Assembly (NCBI RefSeq): GCF_009914755.1
Contig: NC_060930.1
DNA: 64,000 nt
Strand: one strand, 5' to 3'
DNA from: the human T2T-CHM13v2.0 reference genome, Homo sapiens
Part shown: positions 1-13,194 of the stretch, in pieces
Position numbering within the stretch: position 1 is the stretch's first letter
How the letters are laid out: every line of letters starts with the position of its first letter
The notes under the pieces: generated by a model
Databases searched by the model: none
The model's input: only the letters and a program-made list of their open reading frames with translations
What the model was told of the DNA's origin: nothing
Made by a program: the position numbers and the translations under genes

Positions 1-664
1 CTTTATTTCTATAATAAAGTCACACAAACTATCTTTAGTGGAAGTTGGATGAAATACCGGAAAAGAAGAATGTAGAGATAGATGATAGATATGTAGGATA
101 TCTCTATCCATCTGCCACCCATCTATCTATCAAGAAAGGACTTGAGTAAAGCACTGGCTATAAACGACTGTACCTTTTGATCACAGGACCTTACAAATAA
201 TAGGCACACTAGTTATTTGTTTATTTGATTTGAATAGGATGACTCATTTGTTACTGTTCATATGAAGTTTATAAACTTCATTGAGTTGTTTACTGAAAGT
301 GGACTACACCATGACGAAAACAGTATTTGGCAACACATATTTGCATCTTTTAAAATAAAATTACACTTATTTGTACTTCAAATAGTTACGTCAGTTTATT
401 TCTTCGGGTAATAAACTGTGCATTTAAAAATTTTTGTACACATGTGGCATGTTCCTTCTTTATAAATTATTTTGATGACCAAATACATTTTTTAAAGGGT
501 GATCTGTACAATGAACGGAAAGAAGAGAGAGATCTCAAACAAGAAAAATATGGCTATATTACCTCCTTGCTTTCGTGATTGAAACTCACCATGACTTACC
601 ACATTAAGTTCGGGGGATAACATGACCCCTGAAATAAAGTTTTATCAACAGATCCAGGTTCTGG

Positions 665-837
665 ATTGACCTTGAGCCAATCTCTTAATGACTAACTCTG
701 TTACAAGAGAACAATACGCCTGGCTCTACCTGCCTCCTTGGGGTGCTGTAAGATCCCTCCAAGATAGTGTTTGTCAAGCACTTTGCTTTCTGTAAAATAC
801 TGTGCCAAGTGCAGAACAGTCTTAAATGTGTTATTAT
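665..837 (+). mobile_element. MIR (MIRc-like) fragment
   Basis: Degenerate match to the MIR core and 3' end (gaccttgagc...ctacctgcctcc...aagcactttg...tgttattatt). Confidence 0.45.
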
Positions 838-2662
838 TCTCTGTTTATTATCAGAACATTAATATTTCCTCGACTGCACATTTTTTCAACTGAAGTATAT
901 TTTTGAGCCCATCAGTTTTCTCTCAAAATAGATCTGAATGAAACTCCTGCCTGTTCATTCTAGATCAAAGCAGTACTTTCAGGGTTTCTTTCTCTTTTTT
1001 AATGAAGAGGATGTTAGAAGAGAAGAATACTGAGGAAAGAATTCTGGATGGAAAACGTTCGAGAAATTTTATTCACTCTTAGTGTATTCCTCTTAGTATA
1101 TTCCTCAAAAACAAGATGTATCATAATGTCCAGTTTAATACTCTGTTCATAATGTTTAAAAACTTAAGCAAGTTTCAATGTATATGCTTAAAATAAGTTA
1201 ACGTATCCCATGTCTGCTAATATAGTTTTAGATGGAAGTTGTAAATGGCTGGGTCAAAGTTATACCCATAAATCAATTACTGAATTTTAAATTTTGGGGG
1301 CATTTATTGAAGATTCACTTATCACTTTTGTACTTGTCAAAGAGGAAAATAAATGTGTATTTTTAGATTCCATGTGTCATAATATGTTTACTTTTTCCCA
1401 GAATATGGAGTCTAGTACAGAAGTTTAATTACTACTTCAAACAAATGTACATATGGTAACACTAGAATGTAAAATTTGCTGAATTTAGTTGAACCAGCAG
1501 TTGTAATTTTCAGTTAATTAACTGTATGTATTTCATTTTCTGAGTGAAAATTGTGGAAGAATTTATCAATATGAATATGCATGATTTACTAAGTATAGTT
1601 AAGTCAAAACCAGTGTGTGGTAATTTCCTGATAATCGACAAGTCCATACCCATTTATTACATGGAAATGAATATTTCAGTGATTGTCTGGGTAATATTTG
1701 TGATTTCACTGTGGTGATGTTTCATTCACTAACTGATATTTTCAGTTTTTCATCAGCGATTTTCTCATCAGTTGTCCAAAATGGAACAAAAGAGCTGAAG
1801 CTATTTTAGAGAGCTGTCAGTTTTAGCACATTTTTAAATGTTTATGAGAGAAATTGACTTTGGGGTCGGTTTTAGGATTTATAAAGATGGTTTTAAAAAA
1901 ATACATAGACATAGACATTGGTAAAGGTAATTAAAAAAATACATATACATCTTTTATAAGTTGCCTCACATGATCTGTGGTAATATGACTATAATATTAT
2001 TTTCTCTGTATCTTTACATTTAATTTGCTATCATCTTAAGATTGCTTCATCAGTGAATATAACGAATAACTGGATTTATATCTTCTTGATTCTGATAGTT
2101 GAAATGCTTCGGAATGTCTTGTCTTGGACAAATCAGAGTTCCACGTGACTTCTCAACAAATAACCGAGTCTAATTCATTAATCTGAAAATGATGTTCTTA
2201 GGAATAATTAAATAATATCTATATAGAGAGAAGAGAAAAACGATTAGCTCTGTTTTTCTTTCTATTTCTTACATGGATGAGAGAAAAATGCCTTTGTGAA
2301 TCACAACATCAGATCCCTTTAACTCTCCTTTTACAAAACTTATGTTTTGTTGATTTCTTGAACCCAACCATGTAGTTTCCTTATTGTGTGATGTATCTAT
2401 GGCAGGAAACTTTTATATGCATATGGAGTAACAGAGAGAAAATTTCAGAAAACATTGGTGAGAGGCACATTAGACTCCCTTCTCCATTTTATCTTGGGTC
2501 ACAGTCCCTCAGGAAAATTTCTTTTAGAGTTAAGTGTTAGGAAAAATTTTATTTTTTCTGAAATGAGATTTTTGCAGCTTCTCCTTCTTATTTCAACAAC
2601 CAGGAAGCTTGGAACTAAATTTACAGCTTAATTTAGCAAGGTACGGCCTGCTTCACTGTAAC

Positions 2663-2913
2663 TTTTTTCTTTTTTTAAATTTTAAATTTTTGTAAGTACA
2701 TAGTAAGTGTATGTATTTGTGAGGTACGTGAGATATTTTGATGCAGGCATATATGTGTAATAATTCCATCAGAGTAAATGGAGTATCTACCACCTCAAGC
2801 ATTAATCCTTTCTTTTGTGTTACAATCCAATTATACTCTTTAAGTTCTTTTAAAATGTACAATAAATTTTTGTTAACTTTAGTCACTCTGTTGTGCTATC
2901 AAATACTAGATTC
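2663..2913 (-). mobile_element. L1MA-type LINE-1 3' end fragment
   Basis: T-rich tail followed by typical antisense L1MA 3'UTR (gtacatagtaagtgtatgtatttgtgaggtac...gtgctatcaaatactaga). Confidence 0.8.
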
Positions 2914-3231
2914 ACTCTAATTTTTAATAAACATAAGCTTTACCTTGCCATGGTTTATTACTATTCATATATGCATTATTAGCTTATATATTTGTATGTA
3001 TGCATTTTATTGAAGCTCTGTAAAATACTTTCTGAAATGAGATGAAATATATATAACTAACATTCTGAGCCTCACATAAACTCTTGAGTATGAAGAGTTA
3101 AACACAACCAGAACGTGTAGAGAGAGCAATATGAAGGATACTGCTGATATTTCCTTCACAGAGAAATAGGATTCTAATTCACCAGGTATAATATCTCTAA
3201 ACCTTTTCCAGAGAAGCAAGAAGAAAAATAG

Positions 3232-3621
<390 letters not shown>

Positions 3622-5220
3622 TAAAGTTATTTTTAAAAGTCATCTCCTGAGTGACATATTGTCTTAGCACTGTTGCAGAACTTCATCTTATCCAACTTTT
3701 TTGTTTCATAAGATATATTTGAATTAACTAGAAGTTGTAGGTTAAAAATATCCTTTTAAAATAGAATGGTTTACACAAAGTAGATGGTAGCATCCCTCTT
3801 CCAAGCCAGAAGGTCAGCATGTAGGAGACCCTCAGTGGAGTTAGGAGGGTTTCAGTCATAAGGGATAGAAAACTCAACTCAACTTGACTTAAATATAAAA
3901 ACAAATACACATTAGTGCATATAATTAAAACTATACAACCTTGATCAAGTAAAAGTAAAGGTACAGCTAGCTGACAAAGGTGGGAGAGGAAAGAAGGGGG
4001 CCAAAGAAGAAAGCTGGGTAGGGGCATCACGCCACATAGAGGGGTGCCAAATAACTGTATTGGACAAAACATGGTTTTATCCAACTTTATTAGATAACAT
4101 TTATTGGACAAGAAACAGAAATTTAAGTGGCTACTTCTACATTACAACCAACAAAACTGAAAATGATAATGTAAGTATCAAAATTGGAGAAGTGTTGAAA
4201 GAAGGACTAATGTAAGACCTCATTTTACATAGGTCATTTTATATAGCTGAGGGTCAGGTAGATAAGTAAATAATAAATAACAAATATAGAAATATACTAG
4301 TTATTTCATTATTTAAAGTTCATGTTTTGTTCAAACAAAAAGTTTACGGTTTAGTTTTCTACAGGCAGAAACTAAAAGCAGAAATGGTTAAAAGGGTTTT
4401 CCTTTGGAGGAGGGGTTGTTGTAATTACATGTGAGGAGGGTTGTGGTCTTATTTGATTTTTTTTTAACCAACTGTGAAGACGGTTTTGATGAAAATTGTC
4501 AATATTACAGAAAAAAGTCTTAGCAGGAATGTATTTAAAAATAAATGTAGGGTATCCATATATATTGGGAAACCACAGTTGTATTTAGTGTAGAATAAAA
4601 TGGAATTTAGGACCCAAGTAAGAATGTATATGATGGTTTTAAAAAAGCAAACATAATGGATATATAGTGAAATTATTTTGTGCTCTTCACAAGCAATTCA
4701 TAATACAGTAGATTATCTTATTTCTGTGCTCGAGAACAACTGTGCCTCCTCTGGATCCCAGAGATTATAGGGCAGATTGGGCATGGGACAGTGCTTGTTA
4801 AATGCCTGTTTGTTTTTTGATGAAGTGATTGTATCATTTGAAACTGTTTGACTCAGCACACAGGAAAACTCAATAGAAAATGTGTGCAATTGTGAGCTTC
4901 ATAGTTTGAGAAATGAATGAAAATTATGGAGAAGATTCCATGGAAAGTTACAAAAGTAATTAGAAATCTGGAACACAGCCGGCTTGGAAGAATGAACATT
5001 TTTGAGCTTTGGGGGCTCCAAATTTTCAGATATAATTCATTGTTAATTTTCTGTGCAAGTGAAGGAGAATAGTGAGCCCACTGTGAAATGCTCCACGGGG
5101 GTCTATTAGAATGTTTCATCTTGGATAAGAGGGAAATCAACCCACAGGACTGGCATACTACATTGTGAGAATTCATAGACAATGAAGAATATCATTACCA
5201 GAAGCCATGGAGGAAGAAAA

Positions 5221-5261
5221 GGTGTGTGGGTGTGAGGGGGTGTGTGTGTGTGTCTGTGTGT
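5221..5261. repeat. Imperfect (TG)n microsatellite
   Basis: Direct inspection. Confidence 0.8.
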
Positions 5262-5822
5262 AGGAGACCAGGCTGAATAAATGTTTCGATCACTGACAGT
5301 TGATAATAAACAAAATGAATCTAAAAGGCAAGTCCAGAATAAGTAAAGAAGCATGACAGAACTGAAAATCTACTGTCAGAGTGTAATGCTTAGTCCTAAT
5401 TTGGAGATGATATCGTGGAAACTACCTGAACTCAAACCAAACCGTCCTCATGTAGATGGCATCTTCCCAAGGTTGTCTGAAAATAAACACAGCAATAATA
5501 AACATGTATTTTTCATCCATGTTTTTTCACTAGGAGAGCACCTTCGCATATGTAACATCGTTAGATCCTCATAACTTTTCCTCAAGATGATGAGGAGGCA
5601 TCTCAGTATAGTATTTCAGTTCAAAGACACATTTGAATTCTGCTACATCAGTGGGACTCAACCAAGCCATTAATTCCCCTGGGTCTTTAAATAAGGATAA
5701 CAATTATAGGTGTTGAATCTCTCTCTCTCTCTCTGCATGTTCTGAGGATGGAAACAGCTCATTTGTGTGAATATGCTTTGCAGACCCTTATGTGGGTCGC
5801 CAATGTTCTTATTAGCATGGGT

Positions 5823-6080
5823 TCTATTCCCATTTTATAGATAATGAAAAGGAGATTCAGAGATCAAGAGATAAATAACCCAGTTAGATACGGTGAGTCC
5901 ATGGCCCCAGATCCCCAGGTCTAATTACTCCCAATGCTCATTCCACTACTTTGATCTGAACTTTAAAGTGTGATCAGTAAATACAAAATTAGAATTGTCT
6001 GGTGGTTTCCTCAATTTCTTTTTTGGATTGAAGAGTTAGACTAGTTGATTACCAGGGTCCTTTCAGCTGTAAATCTTACA
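5823..6080. mobile_element. MIR (-) and MIR3 (+) fragments
   Basis: cccattttatagat...ggagattcagaga matches the antisense MIR core; gttagactagttgatt...ggtcctttcagctgtaaa matches the MIR3 3' end. Confidence 0.5.
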
Positions 6081-7366
6081 ATAGTCAAGAACTTGCTTTC
6101 CCAACTTGCTCTGGGGTCTCTATTCCCCTCCAGGGGAGGAAGATAATCAAACAATGGTTAAAGAGTTCTGTTTAGAAAACAGAGAGAAATTTTCCTGGCT
6201 CCTGAGGGAAGAGATGAGGTAGAGAACCAAGAAGATGATGTGAGGCTGGCAACTATAAAGAATGAAATAATTCATAAAGATTCCCTGAATGTGAGGATAG
6301 AAGAGACATAGAGAGAGGATTTCCAAGGTGCAAGTGCAAATTTCCAATAAAGTCTTCTAAACACGTAAATGGTCTTGTCTGTGGTTTTTGTAGTGGGGAG
6401 GTGTGGATGCTTATTTCTTTGTTTGGGTTTGTTTCAATGGAATCAAGTAGAGTAAACGAAAATAAAAGGTGAATATGAAAACATAAGCCTCTCCCTTACT
6501 TCCCCTGGAAAAAAGAAAAAAAATTCCTTCTCAGAAAAATTATCAGGTCTTTGGACCTGTATCTAGATGACATAGCATAGAATAAAAACAAGGAGCAAAA
6601 AAAAAAAAAAAAACTTAATTATATTTAAGCCTGTGAGAGAAACAGAAAGACAAATTCAATATGTTGAGATTACTGCTGAAAAGTAGAATGACGTATAAAG
6701 AAGCCAACATCGTGTGCTCACTGCTGTAAAAGCTAGTTGTTTGATAAAGTTAAGTATATCTGTCATTGTAAATTTTGCCCTTAATGTATCATCCCACAAA
6801 CATTATGTTTAATTCATATAGGGCAGTGCGATAAATTGTGATTTGTTAAGGATATATCCTATATATTTATATAAGTAGAATAAAATCTTGAAAGATCAAG
6901 ACCTAGGTGTTAATCTATGCACTTTTCTGTATTTTTTAATTGTTTCCAATAAATTCGTTATAATTAATATCCTGTTAAAATCCCTTTAAAAGGTATATAA
7001 TTAATAAATCCTCACTTCTCCATTGCTACCTTAGGTATTATATAGTATATAAATAAAAAAGAAATGGCTTATATTATCTATTTTATATTGAAAATCTCTC
7101 TATTTGGACTTTTGAATGAAAAGTTTGAATATTCATTGTGATAAAATAATTTAAATTATTTTCATGACAAAGTGAGAACAAGGAATTAATGTAAAAAGAC
7201 AAAATGAAATTTTAGTGTAACACCTCTAACATCTAATAGTTTTTTGGTCAACTGTTTATTTTTCTTTGAAGGATATGTAAAATCTTATCCTTAAAATATT
7301 GAAGGACTAGTAAATAATATAATAACAAGTAGTCCCAACTTTTGAAAGACAGGAATTTTCACTTTT

Positions 7367-7668
7367 CTTTCTTTTTTTTTTTTTCTGAGACGGAGTCTTG
7401 CTCAGCTGTGCAGGCTGTAGTGCAGTGGCGTGATCTCGGCTCACTGCAACCACCATCTCCTGGGTTCAAGTGATTCTCTGGTCTCAGCTTCTCAAGTAGC
7501 TGGGATTACAGGCACCTGCCATCGTGCCCAGCTAATTTTTATATTTTTCATAGAGATGGGGTTTCACCGTCTTGGCCAGGCTGATCTTGAACTGCTGACC
7601 TCAGATGATCCGCCCACCTCGGCCTCCCAAAGTGCTGGGATTACAGGCATGAGCGACTGCACCTGGCC
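7367..7668 (-). mobile_element. AluS (Sx/Sz-like), full length
   Basis: Dimeric Alu with perfect 14-bp TSD gaattttcactttt (7353-7366 / 7669-7682). Confidence 0.96.
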
Positions 7669-7752
7669 GAATTTTCACTTTTGAGGACTTTAGAGTAAGT
7701 AAAGAAGATAAGTGATATACATATGGCACTCGCTGAGTGGTGTAATTTAGAA

Positions 7753-7974
7753 CAAAGTTCTCAACCAGGAAGATTTTGCCCCCAGGGAACACTCGCTAAT
7801 GTCTGGAGGACATTTATGGTTGTGACCTTCCCCTGAGGGAAGGAGGGTGCTACTGGCATCTGGTGGGTAGAGACCAGAGATGCTGCTGTACATCCTACAA
7901 TGCACTGGACAGCCCTCCAGTGCAAAGAATTATCCACTCTAAAATATTAATAGGACACAGGTGGAGAAACCTTG
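7753..7974 (+). mobile_element. MER20 (hAT-Charlie DNA transposon)
   Basis: gttctcaacc...gattttgccccc...aatgtctggagacattt...gtgctactggcatct...aagaattatcc...gagaaacc follows the MER20 consensus over its length. Confidence 0.88.
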
Positions 7975-9357
7975 CTTTAGATGCTTATTGCTTTTATGGA
8001 GAAATGAAATAGTACCAGCAACTTCAAAACTTAAAAAAAAAAAAAAGAAAACAACCCTTATTTATATGCTTTCTTTTAAGCAATGGAAAATGGAAATTTT
8101 ATTTCCCTCTCCTGAAAGTAGAACTATTTCTAGCATATGCTTTGTAAATAAGATAATATTTAAAAATTAAAAGTGGTTCACAGTGTTTGAGAAAACAAAA
8201 ATGGAACAGTAAGACTCGGAAAATAAATGTGCTTCTTCAAGTTAGCTAAGACTGGCTTTTTTTTTTTTAAGAAAAAATTCCTCAAAAGAATATTTTAGCT
8301 AGTTATTTGAAACTGTTGGGAATGTGAATCCAATGATCTGTCAAGAACATATATTAATAGTGGCTGCTATTCTCCCAAGAAATAAATGAAAACACAAAAT
8401 GTACTTATTACAATGTTTTATGTGCCCTTCAGAATCTCGAGCTATTAGAAAGGCAGTTCTGGGAAATGATGCAAATACACAGGGTGATGTCCTTCTCCCC
8501 ATCATCCCAGTGTGAAACTTGTGGTCTCTTAGGAAGATTCCGGGGTAGGAAAACAACAGAAAGGTAGGCAGCAGTTTGTATTGTGTTAACCCCATAACCC
8601 TGAAGCATTTTTTCAGGGCATTTTAAAATATGCTTTGTGTTGGTTAGTGCATGAATTTCAATGAAGGTCATTGCATCTTTTTCTTTTTTCCTCCCTAGAA
8701 AGGGCATTAACATGATTGCTTGTAAATAAGAATGAAGACTACTAACTAATGTACACCCATTTGTCTCATATTACTCCTTTATTACTCTTTCCCTCAAAAA
8801 ACAGAGTAAGTTTTCATGAGGGATGAAAAGGCATTACATGGTTGTATTTCGTTTTAGTTTTTAATTAAACGTGCTTAAAGAGCCACAGAATTGTCTTTGG
8901 CAGGTTAGATGAAGACATGCTGGGGACTAAGTTATTTTTTGCTGTCAGAGGCTTTCTTTTTAGTATATGGTAGATTTGATTCTGTGAGGTTAATCAGAAA
9001 GGCATAAATCTCCTTCTGTAAATACTCATATGTTTTAGTTGGTACAGGGAACAGGAGGGAAAGAGGATTACAGGTTACTTTGTAAATGTTCTATACTTCT
9101 TTATATTTGTATAGTTATTTTGCTAATAATAATTTCCTTCTAGTCATAAAAGTGATATCTGTTCACTACTTAAAACATGGAAAATTCAGGAAAATATTTT
9201 TAAAAATCTCCAGACACCACCACTGACAACACAGGTCAACTTCCTTCTAATCCTTCTATAAAACAGGGCTCACTATATGCTTGATTCTACCTTCTGGCTC
9301 TACCATATTGTGATCATTTACACATTCCATCAAACTTCTTCCAAATCAAGGTTTTAA

Positions 9358-9520
9358 TTTTTGTTTGTTTTTTGAGACGGAGTCTTGCTCTGTCGCCCAG
9401 GCTGGAGTGCAGTGGTGCGATCTCGGCTCACTGCAACCTGTGCCTCCCAAGTTGAAGCGATTCTCCCGCCTCAGCCTCCTGAGTAGCTGGGATTACAGGT
9501 GCCCACCACCGCACCCAGCT
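9358..9520 (-). mobile_element. Truncated AluS (right monomer only)
   Basis: gagacggagtcttgctctgtcgcccaggctgg...gcacccagct, ending at the central T-run. Confidence 0.9.
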
Positions 9521-10189
9521 TTTTTTTTTTTAATAATGGCTGCAGTATGTGTTTTAAATGGCTGCACCAAACTCAGTTCTATAAGTGATTCTGTTTTTTT
9601 TCTCCTCTATAACACCTAGAGACATATGATGTTCACAAGCCAATGAGTTCTGATGCACACATTGATAATAAAGGCTATGGTTTATGCAAATTTTCCTCCT
9701 TGGGGATTTGCCATTGCTCTGTCCCTTTCCTTCATACTCATAAAATGCATTATAATATGAGTAAGAGTAACATTACAGAGATAACCTTGACTCTACCCTA
9801 ATTTATTAAATAATGTTCAAAGTTTGGTACCTTTACTATGAGTAGTAACAAATTTCTTGTGACACACCTCACAATTGACTTTGGTATTATGTGACATCTC
9901 AGATGACTAACACTAAATTCAACTAAATGCAGTTGTCATGAAGCAATAAATGTCCCTGCTATCAAATATTCTGTAACTGTTTCCTTTTGATAACTGTCTA
10001 AAAGTAGAGCTACTGAATTGAAAGACATTAATTCTTAATATAGATTGCTAAACTTGCTTTCTAGAAAAGTCGTTCTGATTTCTAACCTCACATTCAACAA
10101 TACTGGGTGTTGGAATTAAGTTTCGCTGATTTGGTAAGTAAAAAATATAGTCTTTAAAACAAGAGTATTTGAAATCGAGTAATTTAATC

Positions 10190-10300
10190 TTTCTCCTCTT
10201 GTTTAGTTTTCTTTTCTTCCTTACCTTTCCCTCTTTCCTCCCTTCCTATGTTTCTCCCTCCTTCTCTCCTTCCATCCCTCCCTTCCTCTCTTTTTTCTTC
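10190..10300. repeat. CT-rich low-complexity tract
   Basis: Direct inspection. Confidence 0.75.
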
Positions 10301-10636
10301 TATGACATATCTATTCATATTCTTTGCCAACTTTTCTATTTAGGTTTTAAGATTTACATGAGCTCTTTATATATTAGCTATATTAAACTTTTTGTCATAA
10401 ATCTGTGTCAATTATTTTCCTCAGTGGTGTGCTTTTAAAACAATATTTACTTTTTCCTCATGACAGAGATTTCATTTCAGTTTTCCATACTCTTTCTTGT
10501 TGTAGGGAAAATTCAAGTTGTATTCTCCATAGTAAAATGTATGCTATTTCGGGGGACATTTATTTTAATGCCTTTATAATTAGAAAGCACTTTCCCATCC
10601 TGAGACCTGATAAGTATCCACCTTTTTTTTCCAGGA

Positions 10637-10991
10637 GTGTGTGTGTGTGTGTGTGTGTGTGTGCTTTCAGGTTTTTTTCTTTTTTTCTTGTGTGTGTGTG
10701 CTTGCTTCATACATGGTCTTACTCTGCAGCCCAGGCTGGAGTGCAGTGGCATGATCATGGCTCACTGCAGCCTTGATCTCTCCTGGGTTCAAGGGATCCT
10801 CCCACCTCAGCCTCTGGAGTAGCTAGGACTACAGGCACATGCCACCAAACCTGGCTAATGTTCTGTATTTTTTGTAGAGATAGGTTCCCACTATGTAGCC
10901 CAGGATGGTCTGGAACTCCGGGCTCAAGCCATCCTCCCACCTTGGCCTCTCAACGTGCTGGGATTATAGACATGAGACACTGTGCCCGGCC
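10637..10991 (-). mobile_element. AluJ with (GT)n microsatellites at its tail
   Basis: J-type Alu body 10711-10991; (GT)n at 10637-10663 and 10690-10700. Confidence 0.9.
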
Positions 10992-11207
10992 TCAGTTTGT
11001 AACATTAAAATATTTCATCATTCTACAGTTTGTTTTGTTTTTATAGCATAAAGGGAGGAATTATTTATTTCAATTTGTTAAATAATTATCTCACACCACC
11101 AATGATTGTCTTTTATGGCTTTACTCATTTGTGATGCCAACTTTATCTCATATAGAATCTTTTATTGTCATTCTTTTTTTTTTAAATTAGAAAAAATTTT
11201 TTAAAAA

Positions 11208-11364
11208 CTTTTTTTTTAGTGACAGGTTCTCACTCTGTCACCCAAGCTGAAGTGAAGCAGCACAATCACAGTTCAGTGCAGCCTCCATCTCCCCGGGCTC
11301 AGGGATCCTACTGTGTCAGCCCTCTGAGTAGCTGGGACTATGGGAGTGTGCCACCCTTCCTGGC
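11208..11364 (-). mobile_element. FRAM / AluJ right monomer
   Basis: Diverged single Alu monomer with T tail. Confidence 0.8.
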
Positions 11365-13005
11365 ATTGTTTTGTTTTTTAATCTACTAGAATTGGCTTGT
11401 GGTCTATCCATTCTCTACCATCGTTATATCTATTTTCCCATTCCACTGGGACAGGCTTCCCCTATTTAGCTTTCAATCTTTTTTTTCTCTCTCTCTCATT
11501 TATTCCTCTGATAAACTTTAGAATTGCTTTGAAAATATACTCTCTATCACAGTCACATTCTAAGAATTTATATTGGGATTTTCATGGATTACATTAATCT
11601 TATTTTCTTCCCATTTAGCCACAGATTTTTTTTTCGTGAAAGTATTTTTATTCCTTTTACAAGCTCTTACAGTTTTCATTGTATTGGTCACACACAATTC
11701 CTTTAAAGATTATACTTGTAATTGTGTATCGTGATATTGTGCTTATTGTTGTGAGTGGGATATCTTCATCATATTTTGACTGTCTATTATTATTAGCAAT
11801 AGGATTGATTTTGTATTTTTTTCACCCTGGATCACTTAACTGAACTATGCTATTAAATCCAAAACTTTCTTCAATGATTTCCTCATATCTATTTCCCTAG
11901 GTTTTGCTTTTGTTTTTGTTTTAACTAGAAAATTATTTACTATCCAATTACCATGTTTGAGGGATACTTGGTATAGCTATGGACCCTGTCCAGCAGGGAG
12001 ATTTGACTGAGAAAATCCTATTCCATTCTACTAAGAATTGTCTATAGATGTTATTATGAAGGGAAAAGGTTTGTACTTAGGCCTATTCCCTCAATAAGTA
12101 CACTAGACCACACATGTGTTTCCATTTTTTTGTTTGTTTTGGCTACCACTTCTAGAATGATGGAAATGATGGTAGTAATAGTAGATATTCTTGACTTGTT
12201 TATGATACTTTTAGAGTAGCATTGTTAAGCCATATGATGTTAACTGTATGTTAATGATAAACACATATTCTTTATGATGTACATGAAATAACATTTTATT
12301 CTGAGCTTATTCAGCAAGTTTTAAAATCCAAGAGTTTATTAAATTTTATCAAATTATTTTGCAGATCAATTGAGATGTTTATATATTTACTTTGCAACCT
12401 ACTGGTGTGATATATTCATTAGGGTTTATATGCATGAATTCTTTAGAGCAATCCTTAAATATTTAGGCTAAATTATTATTTTAATATGCCTGAGTTAAAT
12501 ATGTAAATCTTTTATTCATACTTTTGCATCTGTACTAATTATTTTTAGGTTTTACTGTGAGGGTGATCCTAGCTTTGTGAAGTGAGTTGGAATGTTTCCT
12601 ATTGTTTTTCTATGTACAAGAAGAGTGTACCTCGTAGTGATGGATTTGTTTCTTGAAAACTGAAAAGCGCTTATTGATTTAAAAAAAACCTCTGCTCTGC
12701 AGCTGTCTTGAATTTAGTTATTGAAAACTTTTTCAGTTTCAATTCTTCAGTATATAGTTGTCTATTTAGGTTTGGTAGACAACTTTCTACCCCATTATCT
12801 TTGAATCTTTATTACTAAGATTTTCAAATTTGTTAAACTGATGAATTTGTGCTAATACTTTTTAAGTAACATTTTAAAATAATCTTTAAATGTGTTATTA
12901 AATCCTTTTAAGACTGTAAATTCTTATTTCTAATTTTATTTGTTTACTTTTTTCTCTTGATTAAATCTGCTAGGACTTTTGTACTACGGTTTGTTCGTGT
13001 CCTTT

Positions 13006-13194
13006 TTGTTGTTGTTGTTGTTTTTGTTTTTGGGACAGAGTCTCACTCTGTGCCCAGGCTGGAGTGCTAATATTTTGTATTTTTAGTAGAGACAAGGTTT
13101 CATCATGTTGGTCTCAAACTCCCGGCCTCAAGTGATCTGCCCACCTCAGCCTCCCAAAGTGTCAGGATTACGGTGTGAACCACAGCACCTGGCC
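13006..13194 (-). mobile_element. Internally deleted Alu
   Basis: ggctggagtgc is joined directly to taatattttgtatttttagtagagac; imperfect TSD tgttcgtgtccttt / tgttcttgttcttt. Confidence 0.88.

Noticed and set aside
73-131. GATA/TATC inverted low-complexity stretch as a miRNA-like hairpin
   Set aside because: Pairing comes from degenerate tetranucleotide repeats and the stem is irregular.
9620-9660. C/D-box-like ATGATG...CTGA
   Set aside because: The boxes are only about 20 nt apart, with no terminal stem or recognisable guide sequence.
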